A stretch of DNA of 64,000 nt from the IMG/VR virus record IMGVR_UViG_2758568729_000001, positions 32,001 through 96,000 of that record. One strand, given 5' to 3'. The position numbers were made by a program, and so were the translations under genes. Source of the stretch: a virus (taxonomy: Duplodnaviria; Caudoviricetes). Positions 44,255 through 55,000 of the stretch are shown here, in pieces (position 1 is the first letter of the stretch; the number at the start of each line of letters is the position of its first letter). The notes beneath the pieces were generated by a model. The model was not told the origin of the DNA. It did not search any database and worked only from the letters and a program-made list of their open reading frames with translations.

Positions 44255-44290
44255 AAAGCGGCCCCGCACCTGACTGTGCGGGGCCGCTTT
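44255..44290. terminator. Bidirectional terminator
   Basis: AAAGCGGCCCCGCAC-N6-GTGCGGGGCCGCTTT, perfect 15-bp stem. Confidence 0.8.
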
Positions 44291-44300
44291 GGGCGCGGGG

Positions 44301-44798
44301 TCAGAAAGGCCAGGTGCCGTTCCGCCGGGCTTCGAGGAGCGGGATCATGCCGAAGCCCTGATCGGTCAACCCCCCGAACGTGTGCCGGTTCGCCACCCCC
44401 GACGAGGCGTGGCCGTGCTGGTACCCGGCCAGGTTCCACGTGTACATCGGAACAGACTCCGGTACGGCCCGGTCGACCTCGCTCAAGTCCTGACCCGCCT
44501 GCTCATCGGTCAGGATGACCACCCGGTCGTGGCCGGCGAAGTGCTTGCGTACCGCAGCCGCGGTGGCCGTCCCGCCGCCGAGGAACCAGCCGCCGGACTT
44601 CCACCGGTCGATCGACCGAAGCAGCGACTCACCACCGGTCAGCGGGAACACCTTCGTGTGGGCCCCGGCGACATCACCCCAGTAGCGGGCGGTCGACGAG
44701 AACGACACCACCTCCGCGTTCTGGGCGCGCTGGGCGAGCGCCACCCCGAAGATTACGGCCGCGTCCCACCTCATCAGGGTGCCGTCCTTGCTGAACCC
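44301..44798 (-). pseudogene. 3' fragment of Ro60/TROVE gene (partial vWA domain)
   Basis: DAAVIFGVALA, GGGT.TAAAVRKHF..HDRVVILTDEQ, YTWNLAGY..GH, RHTFGGLTD..F.MIPLLE....WPF; TROVE domain and DxSxS absent. Confidence 0.75.
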
Positions 44799-45136
44799 CT
44801 CGTTATCCCGCACCCGATCGAGGTGGCGTAACCCGGGCACGCCGAAACGGCCCCCACCCGGACCTCCGAAGAGGCCGAGTGGGGGCCGTTGCCTGCTGTG
44901 GCACCCGCAGGCTCGGTCACCAGGTTCACCGCTGGTGCGGTTGGCGCGGACGCACGTGGCTACGTCCGGTTGCGCCGCGAGGGCCCCATGTCCACGGCGG
45001 GGCCTCATTTTTAGGAGTAGGTGGCGGGTGGCCCTTCGCGTCCGGCTGTCGGCATCGCACCCGCGTGTTGGTGGCCCGTCCCCGTCCGGTTACCCGGCGC
45101 TTCTCGGCATCGCACCAACATGGTCGATGTTACGCC

Positions 45137-45277
45137 TTAGAGGGCGGCAGCGCCTGCGGGGATCGAGGCGATGACGCAGGCGAACGCGAGCCAACCGAGG
45201 TGCACTCGTCCGCCGACGCCGACTGCGTGGAGTACGGCCAGGACCACGGCGGCGGCGAGGAGCAGAACCGCGATCAC
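45137..45277 (-). CDS. Small two-TM membrane protein
   Basis: GTGA coupling; hydrophobic. Confidence 0.5.
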   Translation of the reverse strand: MIAVLLLAAAVVLAVLHAVGVGGRVHLGWLAFACVIASIPAGAAAL

Positions 45278-45498
45278 GGCCTCGCGTCCCCGGCGTAAGT
45301 CGGGTGCATGACGCATCCGCACGGGGTGGACACGATCATTGCGGGGATGCCCAGCGGCTTCGGGAAAGCCGTGTGCCGGCATTGCCAGCCGAGCGCCTTC
45401 GGGTCGTTGCTGCTCAGCCGGGCGAAAGTTACGGGTGCCGGTGCGGTGGCAGTCCGGTGTAGGTTCCGCTTGGCCCACCGGAGGAAGGTGTCGATCAC
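45274..45498 (-). CDS. Small hypothetical protein
   Basis: GTGA coupling to holin. Confidence 0.45.
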   Translation of the reverse strand: MIDTFLRWAKRNLHRTATAPAPVTFARLSSNDPKALGWQCRHTAFPKPLGIPAMIVSTPCGCVMHPTYAGDARP

Positions 45499-45956
45499 TG
45501 CGCCTGCCTGCGCTGGGTGCGTTCCAGCGCCTCAAGTGACACCTCGGTCGGCGTGAGGGTCATCGTGGGGGATGCCGCCGGTACGACACCGGTGGGGCGC
45601 GGGTCGGCGGCCGGTGTCGACTGCGGCCACACCACGATTGCGGTCATCAGGGCCACGGACGCGGCGGACAGGACACCGACCTGCGATTGGGTGAGGTCGA
45701 AGCCGTAGGTGCCGAGGAGGGTGGCGCCGGTGGTGATCAGGGTGGTGAAGATCGTGGGGGCGATCGGCCGGACCTTGAACGCGGTCCACACACCGGCGAG
45801 CGCGGTCAGGACGGCGGTGATCGCGCCGGACTGGTTGACGGTCAGGGCGTCTGGCATGAAGCCGATGACGACGGCGAGTACGGCTGCGATGGCGGCGATG
45901 ATGGTGGCCGGTTCGCGCCCGAAGATCGTGACCGGTTTGGGTGTTACGTCACTCAT
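45495..45956 (-). CDS. Holin-like four-TM protein
   Basis: IFGREPA start, 4 TM helices, lysis-cassette position; RBS GAAAGG. Confidence 0.7.
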   Translation of the reverse strand: MSDVTPKPVTIFGREPATIIAAIAAVLAVVIGFMPDALTVNQSGAITAVLTALAGVWTAFKVRPIAPTIFTTLITTGATLLGTYGFDLTQSQVGVLSAASVALMTAIVVWPQSTPAADPRPTGVVPAASPTMTLTPTEVSLEALERTQRRQAQ

Positions 45957-46012
45957 GGTGGGCCTTTCAGGGTGTGCGGGATTCAGGAAAACAGCCGGCG
46001 TACGCTGCCCGG

Positions 46013-46426
46013 GTGAGCGAGCGGAAGCCGGCCGACTGGGGAAAGATCCGAGCCCGGCCAGGGCAGTGGGCGTGCCCGGCCGACGGGATCGTGGAACCGA
46101 GGCCCGAGCTCGTGCCGTCGTGCCCGTACTGCATGCGGGCCGTCCACCTCGCCCGGGTCGGCCCGAACGGGATGCTGGAATGGGTCGAACCGGCCCCGAA
46201 GACGTGCGGCTGCGGGCAACACCCGGTCCGGGCCGGTCACGTCCTGATCGGCACCTGGGCATGCACGTGCTCACCGACCGGCACCCACCGGACGTGGACC
46301 GTCGAGGGATGCGACCGGCCAGCAGAGTGGCCACCCCACGACCCGACCGGCGCGGCCCCGTTCTACGGGCCAGGGTCAGGGCCGGTCAGCAGCTCTGAGA
46401 CGGCGGCGGCGGCACCGGGTTACTGA
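46013..46426 (+). CDS. Cys-rich (zinc-ribbon-like) protein antisense to lysis cassette
   Basis: WACPAD, CPYC, CGCG, CTC...H; -10-like TACGCT 6 nt before GTG. Confidence 0.5.
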   Translation: MSERKPADWGKIRARPGQWACPADGIVEPRPELVPSCPYCMRAVHLARVGPNGMLEWVEPAPKTCGCGQHPVRAGHVLIGTWACTCSPTGTHRTWTVEGCDRPAEWPPHDPTGAAPFYGPGSGPVSSSETAAAAPGY

Positions 46427-46877
46427 GCCGCGCCCGTTCGATCTCCGCCCGGCGATCGCTGTTCAGCCGGCGGGCCTCCGCGTTCTCGGCGCGCACATCG
46501 GCAACCTCGGTGCGCACCTTCAACAACGTCTCGAACGCAGTCAGGGTGGCCTGCCGGTCCTGCCCGGCCATCGCCTGCAACAGCACACCCAACGCGTCAT
46601 CGGCACGGGCCGTTGCCGCCCGGTCAACTTCGGCGATTTGCCGGTCGGCCAGGTCGATGGCCCGGTCCTCGGACGCCGCCTGCGCCCTAGCCGCGGTCGA
46701 CGACGCGGACGCCTCCGCGTACCGGGCGAGGCACCCGGACACCCGGGCGTACCCGACGACCAGGGCACCGATGATGAGCGCGTAGGCGATCATCCCGACC
46801 GTGATCGCCCGGACGGACCCGGGAGAGCCGAGCCACATCCACACCCGCCGCCGGCTGGCAGCACCGGGCACTGTCAT
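46386..46877 (-). CDS. Membrane-anchored coiled-coil protein (lysis accessory)
   Basis: One TM then coiled coil; ends PPPPSQSC. Confidence 0.6.
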   Translation of the reverse strand: MTVPGAASRRRVWMWLGSPGSVRAITVGMIAYALIIGALVVGYARVSGCLARYAEASASSTAARAQAASEDRAIDLADRQIAEVDRAATARADDALGVLLQAMAGQDRQATLTAFETLLKVRTEVADVRAENAEARRLNSDRRAEIERARLSNPVPPPPSQSC

Positions 46878-47005
46878 TGTCGTCCCCCTTGCTGTCGGGC
46901 TTTTTGGTCGTAGGCGCGGCGGGCCGCCCGGCCGGTCATCCACCAGACGACACCGGAGGCGACGGCGAGGACGACGTAGACGGCTAGGTCGAGATCCGGG
47001 CTCAT
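46874..47005 (-). CDS. Single-TM peptide
   Basis: ATGA coupling on both sides. Confidence 0.5.
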   Translation of the reverse strand: MSPDLDLAVYVVLAVASGVVWWMTGRAARRAYDQKARQQGGRQ

Positions 47006-47277
47006 GGGGTGGGCTCCGGGGGTTGGGGAATCGCGGGCGTGGCCGGTTCGATCGGCGGGGTTCCGACTGGTCCGGTCCGCTGCCAGGGGGTGTACAACGC
47101 GCTGTAAGGCGCCAACGGAATCCCCCAGAACCAAAATGGTGGCAGGGACTCCAGCACCTTGGCGCCGGAGCTAAAGAGCTGGATGACGGCTGCGCCGGCG
47201 TAGATGGTCCAGATGCCGAGGATGACCAGCATGATCAGGTCCCGGACCTGCTCGGCGCGGCTACGGGCGGTCGACAC
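47002..47277 (-). CDS. Small membrane protein (lysis cassette)
   Basis: TM helices; follows endolysin. Confidence 0.6.
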   Translation of the reverse strand: MSTARSRAEQVRDLIMLVILGIWTIYAGAAVIQLFSSGAKVLESLPPFWFWGIPLAPYSALYTPWQRTGPVGTPPIEPATPAIPQPPEPTP

Positions 47278-47409
47278 GGGGCCCCGCCTTCCGGGTTACG
47301 AGTGGGTTGGGCGGTGGTCAGCTCGCGCGGGGGTGGCCGCGACCCGGCGAAGCAGGAACGTCGTCTCGAACGGCTGCCTACCGGAGGTGACGAGGACGGG
47401 CGGCACCGA

Positions 47410-48333
47410 TCACCCGCCCGTTGGGGTGGCGCCGTCCACGGAACCGAGGACGGTGGTGAGTGCGGCGACGAGGTCGTCACGGTCTACGGGGCCCTGCTGC
47501 GGCAGCCGGGCCATGATGTCGGCGACGACGCCGCTGCGGATTTCCCTTGCCTGCTGGTCGATGCGGGCGAGGATCGCGGACTCGTCCACGCCGTCGCCGA
47601 GGTTCGCAACGATGACCGCCAACTTGTCGTGGATCTTGTAGAACTCCTCGCGGACGTCGGTACGGCCGCCCCCGTCACGCCGCTGGGCACCCTGCCACAG
47701 CAGGTAGCTGATGTCTTTGAGCCAGGTGTACACCTGCCGCTGTTCGGTCGCGCTCAACTCGGCCATGAAGTCCTCCTCGTCGTCGGTTGTCTGGCCGTCG
47801 CCTACGAGGGCGACGGCTTGCCGAAGGATCTCGGCCTTCTGCGCCTTGATCGCCGGTCCGGGGCACTGGGAGTGGCCCCAGTCGTAGCCGGACTCGGCGC
47901 CCATGCTGTGGTGACCCAAACCGCGCCCGGCCGGGCTGTTCGCGAGCTGCAACGGGATCCCGTGTTCGCGGTGAGCACGGGCCAGGATCTTCGCGTTGGC
48001 TGTCACCTGCGCTGGGGTGAGCGCACCGGGGATGAACCCCTCGTTTTCGATGCTCAGCCAGCTTGAGTTGCCCGTCCGCTGCGTCCACGCCCGCTCTGCG
48101 GTGTCGACCACCTGGGCGATCCGGCCGTCCTTGGCCACCACGAAGTGCGACGACACGTCGGCGGACGGGTTCTTCTGCCACGAGATGGTGCCCTCGAAGT
48201 AGCCCTCAGCGATGTGGATGATCACGCCCCGGTGTTCAGCCAGCCGGTCGGCCGCCTCACCGGTTTTGCCATCCCCGTCACCCGAGTTGACCGTTGCTCC
48301 CCGCCACTGGGCGAGGTCTGTCCAGCGCCCCAT
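47410..48333 (-). CDS. Endolysin, N-acetylmuramoyl-L-alanine amidase (Amidase_2)
   Basis: VIIHIAEG, SSHFVV, AW...GN...SIENEG, GHH, H..CPG. Confidence 0.9.
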   Translation of the reverse strand: MGRWTDLAQWRGATVNSGDGDGKTGEAADRLAEHRGVIIHIAEGYFEGTISWQKNPSADVSSHFVVAKDGRIAQVVDTAERAWTQRTGNSSWLSIENEGFIPGALTPAQVTANAKILARAHREHGIPLQLANSPAGRGLGHHSMGAESGYDWGHSQCPGPAIKAQKAEILRQAVALVGDGQTTDDEEDFMAELSATEQRQVYTWLKDISYLLWQGAQRRDGGGRTDVREEFYKIHDKLAVIVANLGDGVDESAILARIDQQAREIRSGVVADIMARLPQQGPVDRDDLVAALTTVLGSVDGATPTGG

Positions 48334-48350
48334 GGCGCTCCTCCTTCGGG

Positions 48351-49019
48351 TTAGGTGCCGATCCAGGTGTCGTGCCAGTCGATCGGGGAGAGGACCACCC
48401 CAGTCACGCTGGCAGGGTCGACCGGGCCGATGAAAATGCGCGGGACCTCGGGGTCTACCGCCGCTTTCAGCCCGGTAGGCACGTAGTCGGATCCGGACCA
48501 GTACAGGACGTTCCCATTCGTCCCGGCGGGGCTGGTCCACCGCACACCGGACGGCTGCGCCGAGTCGGCGGTCAACACCTGCCCGTCGGACCCGACACTG
48601 ACCGGGGTCGGCACACCCGCTGAGGCGCCAACAAGGACAGTGCCTTGCTCGATGTACAACTCGGTCGTCACGAACCGGCCATCGAGGTCGTCCACGGATC
48701 CGATACCGACGGCGGACATGAGGACCCGGGGCCCGTCATCGCCCTGCGCCCACAACCGGTCCAACCCGTCCGGGCCGAAAAAGGTGGGGATCTGGCCTAC
48801 GCCGCGGCCGTCGCCGCCGAGAGACGAAACCACGGAGACGATGGGGGTGGTGCCGTCGGAGTCGAGGAGGTCGGTGAGTTGCGCCCCACCGGTCTCGGCG
48901 TTCCAGAAGGTAACCACGACACCACCGGCCAAGCCGACGATTTCGTCCTCACCGTCCACATTGTCGATCGCCGCGAACGTCCAGTCGGCGATGCCGCCAC
49001 CGAACTGAAAACGTGCCAT
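48351..49019 (-). CDS. Minor tail/fibre-like protein
   Basis: VGSDGQVLTADS motif; position after minor tail genes; RBS AAGGAG. Confidence 0.65.
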   Translation of the reverse strand: MARFQFGGGIADWTFAAIDNVDGEDEIVGLAGGVVVTFWNAETGGAQLTDLLDSDGTTPIVSVVSSLGGDGRGVGQIPTFFGPDGLDRLWAQGDDGPRVLMSAVGIGSVDDLDGRFVTTELYIEQGTVLVGASAGVPTPVSVGSDGQVLTADSAQPSGVRWTSPAGTNGNVLYWSGSDYVPTGLKAAVDPEVPRIFIGPVDPASVTGVVLSPIDWHDTWIGT

Positions 49020-49029
49020 TGGTAGCTCC

Positions 49030-49965
49030 TTACGAGGCGGCGGGGAACGACCCGGCGATCCACACCTGCGAGGTGCTGCCGAGGCCGCCGTGGGAGACGA
49101 GGGTGACGAGACCGTTGCTTGCGGTGACCATTGCGGCGGCGAGAGACCCGTTCGTGGCGGACACCATTCGCCCGAACACGGGGCGGTCGGCGCGGGGCCG
49201 GAAACCGGCCGGCAACTGGCACATGGACTGGGAAACACCGGATCCGAGCCCTGTGCCCGCACGCCCGTAGCAAAGGTTCACGAACACCGTGCCGCCGAGC
49301 CGGCAGACGGTCGACGCGAGCGTTGTCCACCCGGCACCGGGGGTCGCCGCCACGGGCACCTCACCGGTGTCCTGGTAGAGCACCGTCCACGCCAGCCCGG
49401 TCGATTGAAGTTGCCGGCCGGTGTCGGTCTCATACGCCAGGCGGCCCGGGTAGTGCGGTGGGCGCGTCGTCTGGGTGCACAGGATTTGCCCGTCGTCGCC
49501 GGCGTACCAGGCCAAGGGGACGACCCTGTTCGCCGCGATCGCGTTGACGCCGGGGTCGACGGCTACCCGAGCCAGGGGGATGTCAAAGAGAGAGTTGGTG
49601 TTCAGCGGCGCCGGCACACCTTGCCCGGGTGTACCGGTGATGACCGTCTCGTAGGCGCTGTAGTCGGCCCGGTTGAGCCGCACCACGATCAGGTCGATCC
49701 GCTGGGTGCCGCTCACATTCGCAGCCAGGGACGGCATGCTGATGTCGTCGGGACCGGAATCCCACAAGGTGCCGCGGAGGTTGACCCGGCGGTTCGCCCG
49801 GAGCTTGACGATCCTTGTCGCGGTGTTGTCCGCGTACGCCACAGGCGGGTCGGATGGCACCCCTTGCAGTCCGTCTGGTGCCCACGCATGCACCAGCCGT
49901 TCGTGTTCGAGCTCGGTGATGTGTCCACCGGCGTAGCCAGACCGGGGGTAGCTCTTACTGGCCAT
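49030..49965 (-). CDS. Minor tail protein (baseplate/receptor-binding-like)
   Basis: RIDLIVVRL, DIPLARV, LAYETDTG, LPAGFRP. Confidence 0.75.
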   Translation of the reverse strand: MASKSYPRSGYAGGHITELEHERLVHAWAPDGLQGVPSDPPVAYADNTATRIVKLRANRRVNLRGTLWDSGPDDISMPSLAANVSGTQRIDLIVVRLNRADYSAYETVITGTPGQGVPAPLNTNSLFDIPLARVAVDPGVNAIAANRVVPLAWYAGDDGQILCTQTTRPPHYPGRLAYETDTGRQLQSTGLAWTVLYQDTGEVPVAATPGAGWTTLASTVCRLGGTVFVNLCYGRAGTGLGSGVSQSMCQLPAGFRPRADRPVFGRMVSATNGSLAAAMVTASNGLVTLVSHGGLGSTSQVWIAGSFPAAS

Positions 49966-49968
49966 GTG

Positions 49969-51126
49969 TCAGCGCACCTCCAAACGGTCCATGCGGCGGG
50001 ACAGGTCACGCAGGTACGCGACCCACAGGGGGTCGGCGGACGCGGATTGGGAGCCGACGAGGGCGGTGACGTACTCGCCGGTCTTCGGGGTGGCCTGGTA
50101 GTGGGCGCCCCGGACGATGTCGGCGACCTCGATACCGGAGGCCAGCTCGATCGAGACGATGTCGCCGAGCCCGTAATCGACACCGAACCGCTGCTCGGGG
50201 ATGTCGATGGTCACGGCGGACAGGCGTGCGGTTTCGGCGCCTTCGGCCAACGCTTCGTCGCCGGCCTGCTGTAGTTCGGCGGTGTTGCCCACCGTGTCGT
50301 CGGATTGGCGGCGGTCGACGAACGTCTCAAGCCGGCCCCACAGGGCGACTGCGGCGGTGTTGACTCGCTCGACGATGACCCGGTCGACGCCCTCGTCCTG
50401 GCCGCCGACGATCGCCACCGTGGCGGTGGGGGCTTGCGGTTCGTACCGGTACGACCGCAGGTTCGACAGGCCCTGGCTGAACCGCACCACGCCCCGCAGG
50501 TCGCGGGGCCGGTACACCTGAAACTCGATCAGGCGCCCGGGGACCTGCGTGGTGCGGAACCCGAGACCACCGGCCAGAGCCACGGAGCGGAGCGCATCCC
50601 CGAGGGATTCGAACCGGGTGCCGAAGGTGACGTTGGTGCCGACGCCCATGTCCGGGCCGAGGACCAGGCGGGGCAAGCGGCGGGCGGCAAGCGCGGACGG
50701 GCCCGCGTTGAGGTTGACCAAAGCGCGGAGGATGTCTTCGGCGTTTCCGGTGGCGGTCCACCGGGCGTCGGTCTGGGCGGTGACCGGCACCGCCGGTGTG
50801 GGGTACGTGCGGCGGGCCACCAGCCACGCGAGGTCATCGGACCAGGTGATTTGGGTGGTGCCCGGTTCGGAGTTCGGCCCCTCAACGGACCACTCCTCAA
50901 CCCCCGGGACCTCGATCCGGCCGGCGCAGAACACCTTGCCGTCGCGGTACATGACCATGCGGCTGCCGGGGGCGACCTGGTCGGCGGTGACCGCCGTCCG
51001 GGGAAGGCTGACGGTGGCGGTGCCCGGCTCGTTGTACCGCAACGTCACATCGAGGTTGGTCCAGTCGGCGATCGGGTCGCCGACCGGCACCAGGTTCGCA
51101 TCGGTGGTGATGAGGGTGACGTCCAC
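49969..51126 (-). CDS. Minor tail protein (ReqiPepy6 Gp37-like baseplate hub)
   Basis: RYNEPGT, TVAIVGGQDEG..R, GRLETFVD.R, FGVDYGLGDIV. Confidence 0.8.
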   Translation of the reverse strand: MDVTLITTDANLVPVGDPIADWTNLDVTLRYNEPGTATVSLPRTAVTADQVAPGSRMVMYRDGKVFCAGRIEVPGVEEWSVEGPNSEPGTTQITWSDDLAWLVARRTYPTPAVPVTAQTDARWTATGNAEDILRALVNLNAGPSALAARRLPRLVLGPDMGVGTNVTFGTRFESLGDALRSVALAGGLGFRTTQVPGRLIEFQVYRPRDLRGVVRFSQGLSNLRSYRYEPQAPTATVAIVGGQDEGVDRVIVERVNTAAVALWGRLETFVDRRQSDDTVGNTAELQQAGDEALAEGAETARLSAVTIDIPEQRFGVDYGLGDIVSIELASGIEVADIVRGAHYQATPKTGEYVTALVGSQSASADPLWVAYLRDLSRRMDRLEVR

Positions 51127-51144
51127 ACGTCACCGCCCACCGCG

Positions 51145-52089
51145 TTACTCGGTTTCGTACCGGGCACGGAACGACAAGCTGATCCGTGTGCCGACGTTCG
51201 CGCCGGCCACCTCGAAACGCACCGAGTTCGTGCCCGGCGCCAGCGGCCACAGCCGCGCCCCGGTCCAGTCGAGTGCGCCGGTCCACACCTGCCCGGCCGG
51301 GCCGCGCAACCTCGGCGGGAACGTGGTGATGGTGACCGTCTCCCCGGCGGCGAGCGGCCCATCGCCGTTCCAGTCCGGGTTCAGGGTGAACGACAACCCT
51401 GTGGTGAGGTTCGTGGCGACGATGCTGGAGGCGGGCCCGTCGATCTCCCATTCCGGCCACGCCTCTACCTCGCCGGGGTTGTCGATTGTGGTGTCGCCGA
51501 GGACCCGCGACGAGCTGATCGACGGGTACGGGGCGAGGTACGGGGACCCGCCGACGGCGAATTCCCGCTCCACCACGGTCGGTTCGGGGTCCCGCCAGTG
51601 CGGGTCAGCGCAGTACAGGGCGAGGACCGCGATGTTGCTGTTTCGGCCGTGGCCCGGGGCTACCTTCAACCCTGCGGTGCAGACGACCTCGATCTCCCGG
51701 ACGGTGCCTTCGGGCTGTGCGATCTGAAGGAGGCCCGGCCCCCTCGTGCGGGTCATCGCGAGGACCCGCACGAGGCTTTGCCACAGGTTGTTGTAGTCCC
51801 GGTGGGTGTGGGCGTACACGGCGAGCGGCCAGTTGATGATCCGCTCACTTTTGAAGAAGTGGCGGATGGTGGTGCCACCCCACGGGTGCGGGTCGGCGGT
51901 CAGTTCGCCCTCGGTCGCACCCAGCCCGGTGACGTCGTTGAGGGTGCAGTAGCCGCGGTCCGGCTCATCCAACGGCCACACCGACCCGTCCGGGGCGATG
52001 TACGTTGCACGAGCCCGCCCAACATCAACGCCGGCTTGGTACAGCCGTGGTGGTGATGGTGGGCGGGCGGTACCGATGAGGACTGGCAT
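51145..52089 (-). CDS. Distal tail protein (Dit-like)
   Basis: After tape measure; DPHW, NPGEVEAWPEWEIDGP, LWPLAPGTN. Confidence 0.8.
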   Translation of the reverse strand: MPVLIGTARPPSPPRLYQAGVDVGRARATYIAPDGSVWPLDEPDRGYCTLNDVTGLGATEGELTADPHPWGGTTIRHFFKSERIINWPLAVYAHTHRDYNNLWQSLVRVLAMTRTRGPGLLQIAQPEGTVREIEVVCTAGLKVAPGHGRNSNIAVLALYCADPHWRDPEPTVVEREFAVGGSPYLAPYPSISSSRVLGDTTIDNPGEVEAWPEWEIDGPASSIVATNLTTGLSFTLNPDWNGDGPLAAGETVTITTFPPRLRGPAGQVWTGALDWTGARLWPLAPGTNSVRFEVAGANVGTRISLSFRARYETE

Positions 52090-52092
52090 GGG

Positions 52093-55000
52093 CTACCTGG
52101 CCCTCCCGAGTCGCGCTTCGATCGCCTGCCGCTGCTGTAGCGCCGCGAGCTGCGCCAACGTCGCCTCGGAGTTGATCAACGTGGCTTCGAAGTGGTCCCC
52201 TCCCCGGACCGGTGCCGGGGCGGGGGTGAGCCCACCGACCCCGTCGACCGGAAACTGCACGGCGGCGGCAAGCCGGCCGGCGGCGGCAGCAACGAGCGGG
52301 GTGCGCTCGTCCATACCCCCGGCCAGGAGTTGGGCGATCGACCGGCCGCTGTACCGGGGGTTGCCCTTCCCCGACAGTGGGCCTTCCTTGGCGGGCGAGA
52401 AGGGGAGGAACCCACGGATCTTCGACGCGACCCCGGCCATGGTGCTGCCGAGGTCACCGAGTTTGTCCCGGATGCCCTGAATCAGGCCGCTGATCAGGTT
52501 CCGGCCGGCGTCTCGCAGCAAGTTCCCGAAGCCGTCGACCGCGTTCCGGATCGTTTCGCCGGCCCGCTGGAACTCGCGGATCGTGGCGCCGATGCCGTCT
52601 TTCACAGCCCGCCCGAACGCGGTGGTCGCTGCCGCGGCTACCTGGATGATCGCAACAGCGCCGGCAACAGCGTTGCGGATCAGCATGAGGGCCACGGTCG
52701 CCCCACCGACGATCGTGGAGAGGATCGCCATCGCGGCCTTGAGGGATCCCGACTGGACGGCCAGGGTGATGAGCTGACCGGCCAGTTGCATCATCACCGG
52801 CAGCAGCGGCAGGACGGCGATCATGAGTTGGCTGAACGCCATCATGAGCTGCAACCCGGAGGCAATGAGGTCCGGCAGCAGCGGCATCAGGGCGGTCAAG
52901 GCAACCATGAGGTTGGCGCTGAACGCCTGAGCCACGGCAATGATCACCGGCACCAACTGGGCCGCCATGCTCGCGAATAGCGGCATGTGCGCCAGGAGTT
53001 GCTGGGCGATGGTTGTGGCGACACCGACCAAGGCGGGCAGCAGCGGGGCGAGTGCCTGAGCCAGTCCCATGACGGCCTGCGCGACGAGCGGCAGGATCCG
53101 CACACCCCAGGCGGCGAAGTTTGTGGCGAGTTGCACCCCGATCGGCAGCAGGGTTTCCGCGAGCGCCACGAACTGCGGTAGGGCGGCCAGGAGACGCCCT
53201 GCCAGCACCTCGGCGACGGAAACCAGCGCCGGGACGAGCGGGGCGAGCGCGGCAGCGAACGCGGCGCCGGCCCGCGCCGCGAGCGGCAGGACTGTGGCCG
53301 CGAGTTGGGTGAGGACGGGCAGGAACACCTGGAGTGCGCTGACGAGACCGCCGGTCAGGAGCGAGATGACGGGTCCGAGTTCGGTCGCCAACGCCGTCAA
53401 CGCGGTAGCGACAAACGTCAATGCGGCGGCGAGTCCGTTGCCCAGCACCGGAAGCAGCGGGGCCACCGCAGCCAGCAGGGAACCGAGCGCGTTACCGACT
53501 AGCGGGGCGACGGCCGCCAACGGCCGCAACCCGTCCGCCAACGCGGACAGGAACACGGTCACCCCGGGCGCCAACCGGGTAACCAACTCGGCGACGATGA
53601 CCGCGATCTGACCCAACACCGGGGCCGCAGCCGCGGCGACGCTCCCCAGTGCCTTGCCGACCTGCGACGCGACCGACGCGACCGACCCGAACCCGGATCC
53701 CGGGCCAAACGCCGACCCGAACCCGGACCCGGCAACTGTGGCAACCTGGCCGAGCCCGCTCAAAGCCGAGCTGATCGACTCGACGGCCGCCACCAGACCA
53801 GGCGACAGCCCGGCAAGGAGCTGCCCGAACACCTGCGCGAGCGGCTGAATTGCTGCCGCGACGGCGGTCAGGACCGGCGCCAGCGAAGACACAGCGGGGG
53901 ACAGGGATGCGATCCCGACCGCCAGGGCTTCCACGAGTTGTGTCAGGCCGGGTGAAAACGCCTGGGCCACGTCGGCGACCGCCGACGCGAGTGGGCTCAA
54001 CGCCAAGAACAGGGCGGTCGCGGCCGGGGCCAGGGAGTTCGCCGTGCTGGTCAGCTCGGAGAAGAAGTGGGTCAGGTTTTGCTGACCCTCAACCGAGTTG
54101 ATCGCCTCGTTGATCCGCCGGAACAGGCCAAACACGCCCTCGCCGGCCTCCCCGGCAGCCTTGCTGATGCCCGAGAAGATCCCGAAGATGTCGCGGGCCA
54201 GCTTGAGGAGTTCGCCTGCGGCGTTGAGCCCGTCGAAGAACATGCGCTGCAACTCGCCGGAGTTCGCCATGGCGGAGATGCGGGTGGCGAGGTCGGTGAC
54301 GGCAGCGCCGAGGCCGACGGTGAACACGGCGACGGCTTGGGAGCCGGCCCGGACCACGTCGAGGAGTGCCTGCGCGACGGGGCGCAGGGCCCGCCCGAGT
54401 TCGCCGACCACACTGTTCGCGGCGGAGAACGTCTGGGCGATGTTGTTGCGGTTGGCTTCGGTGTTCAGACCGCGTAGGGCGGTGACGACGGCCCGGTTGA
54501 TGGTGTCGGCGAGCCGGGTCATGCCGGTGGCGAGGACGGGAAGCCCGGTCTTCGCCAAGTCGCGCAGGGTGCGGGCGGTGTCGGCGAACAGCTCGTTCTG
54601 AATCTTGAGCCGGAGCTTGTCGAACGCAGGCTTGATCTTGTTGACCTCTTTGACGAACGCAGCCGCGTTCGGGGCCAACTCCTTCAGCGCCTCCGCCAGG
54701 GCCTTCGCGTCGCCCTCACCGACGGCCTTGAACGCCTCACCCAGGCCCACCGTGCCGAGACGGATCGTGCCGATCGCGGCGGCGGCGATCGCCACAGCAC
54801 CGGGGATCGCAACCAGCGCCCCGGCCGCGGTGACAACGGTGGCGCCAAGTTGCACCAGGGCGGGGATCGCGGCCACGGCGGCACCGGCCAGTCCGAACAG
54901 GGCGGACGCGGCAATGGCGGCCCCGGCGGTGATCGCAGCGGTTTTCAACGCGGCGGCGACCCCGCCGGTGAACAGGTCGGTGATCTGCCTGGTGACGTTG

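Noticed and set aside
44800-45135. Y RNA (YrlA) next to the TROVE fragment
   Set aside because: Only generic hairpins; no T-loop motif found on either strand by eye
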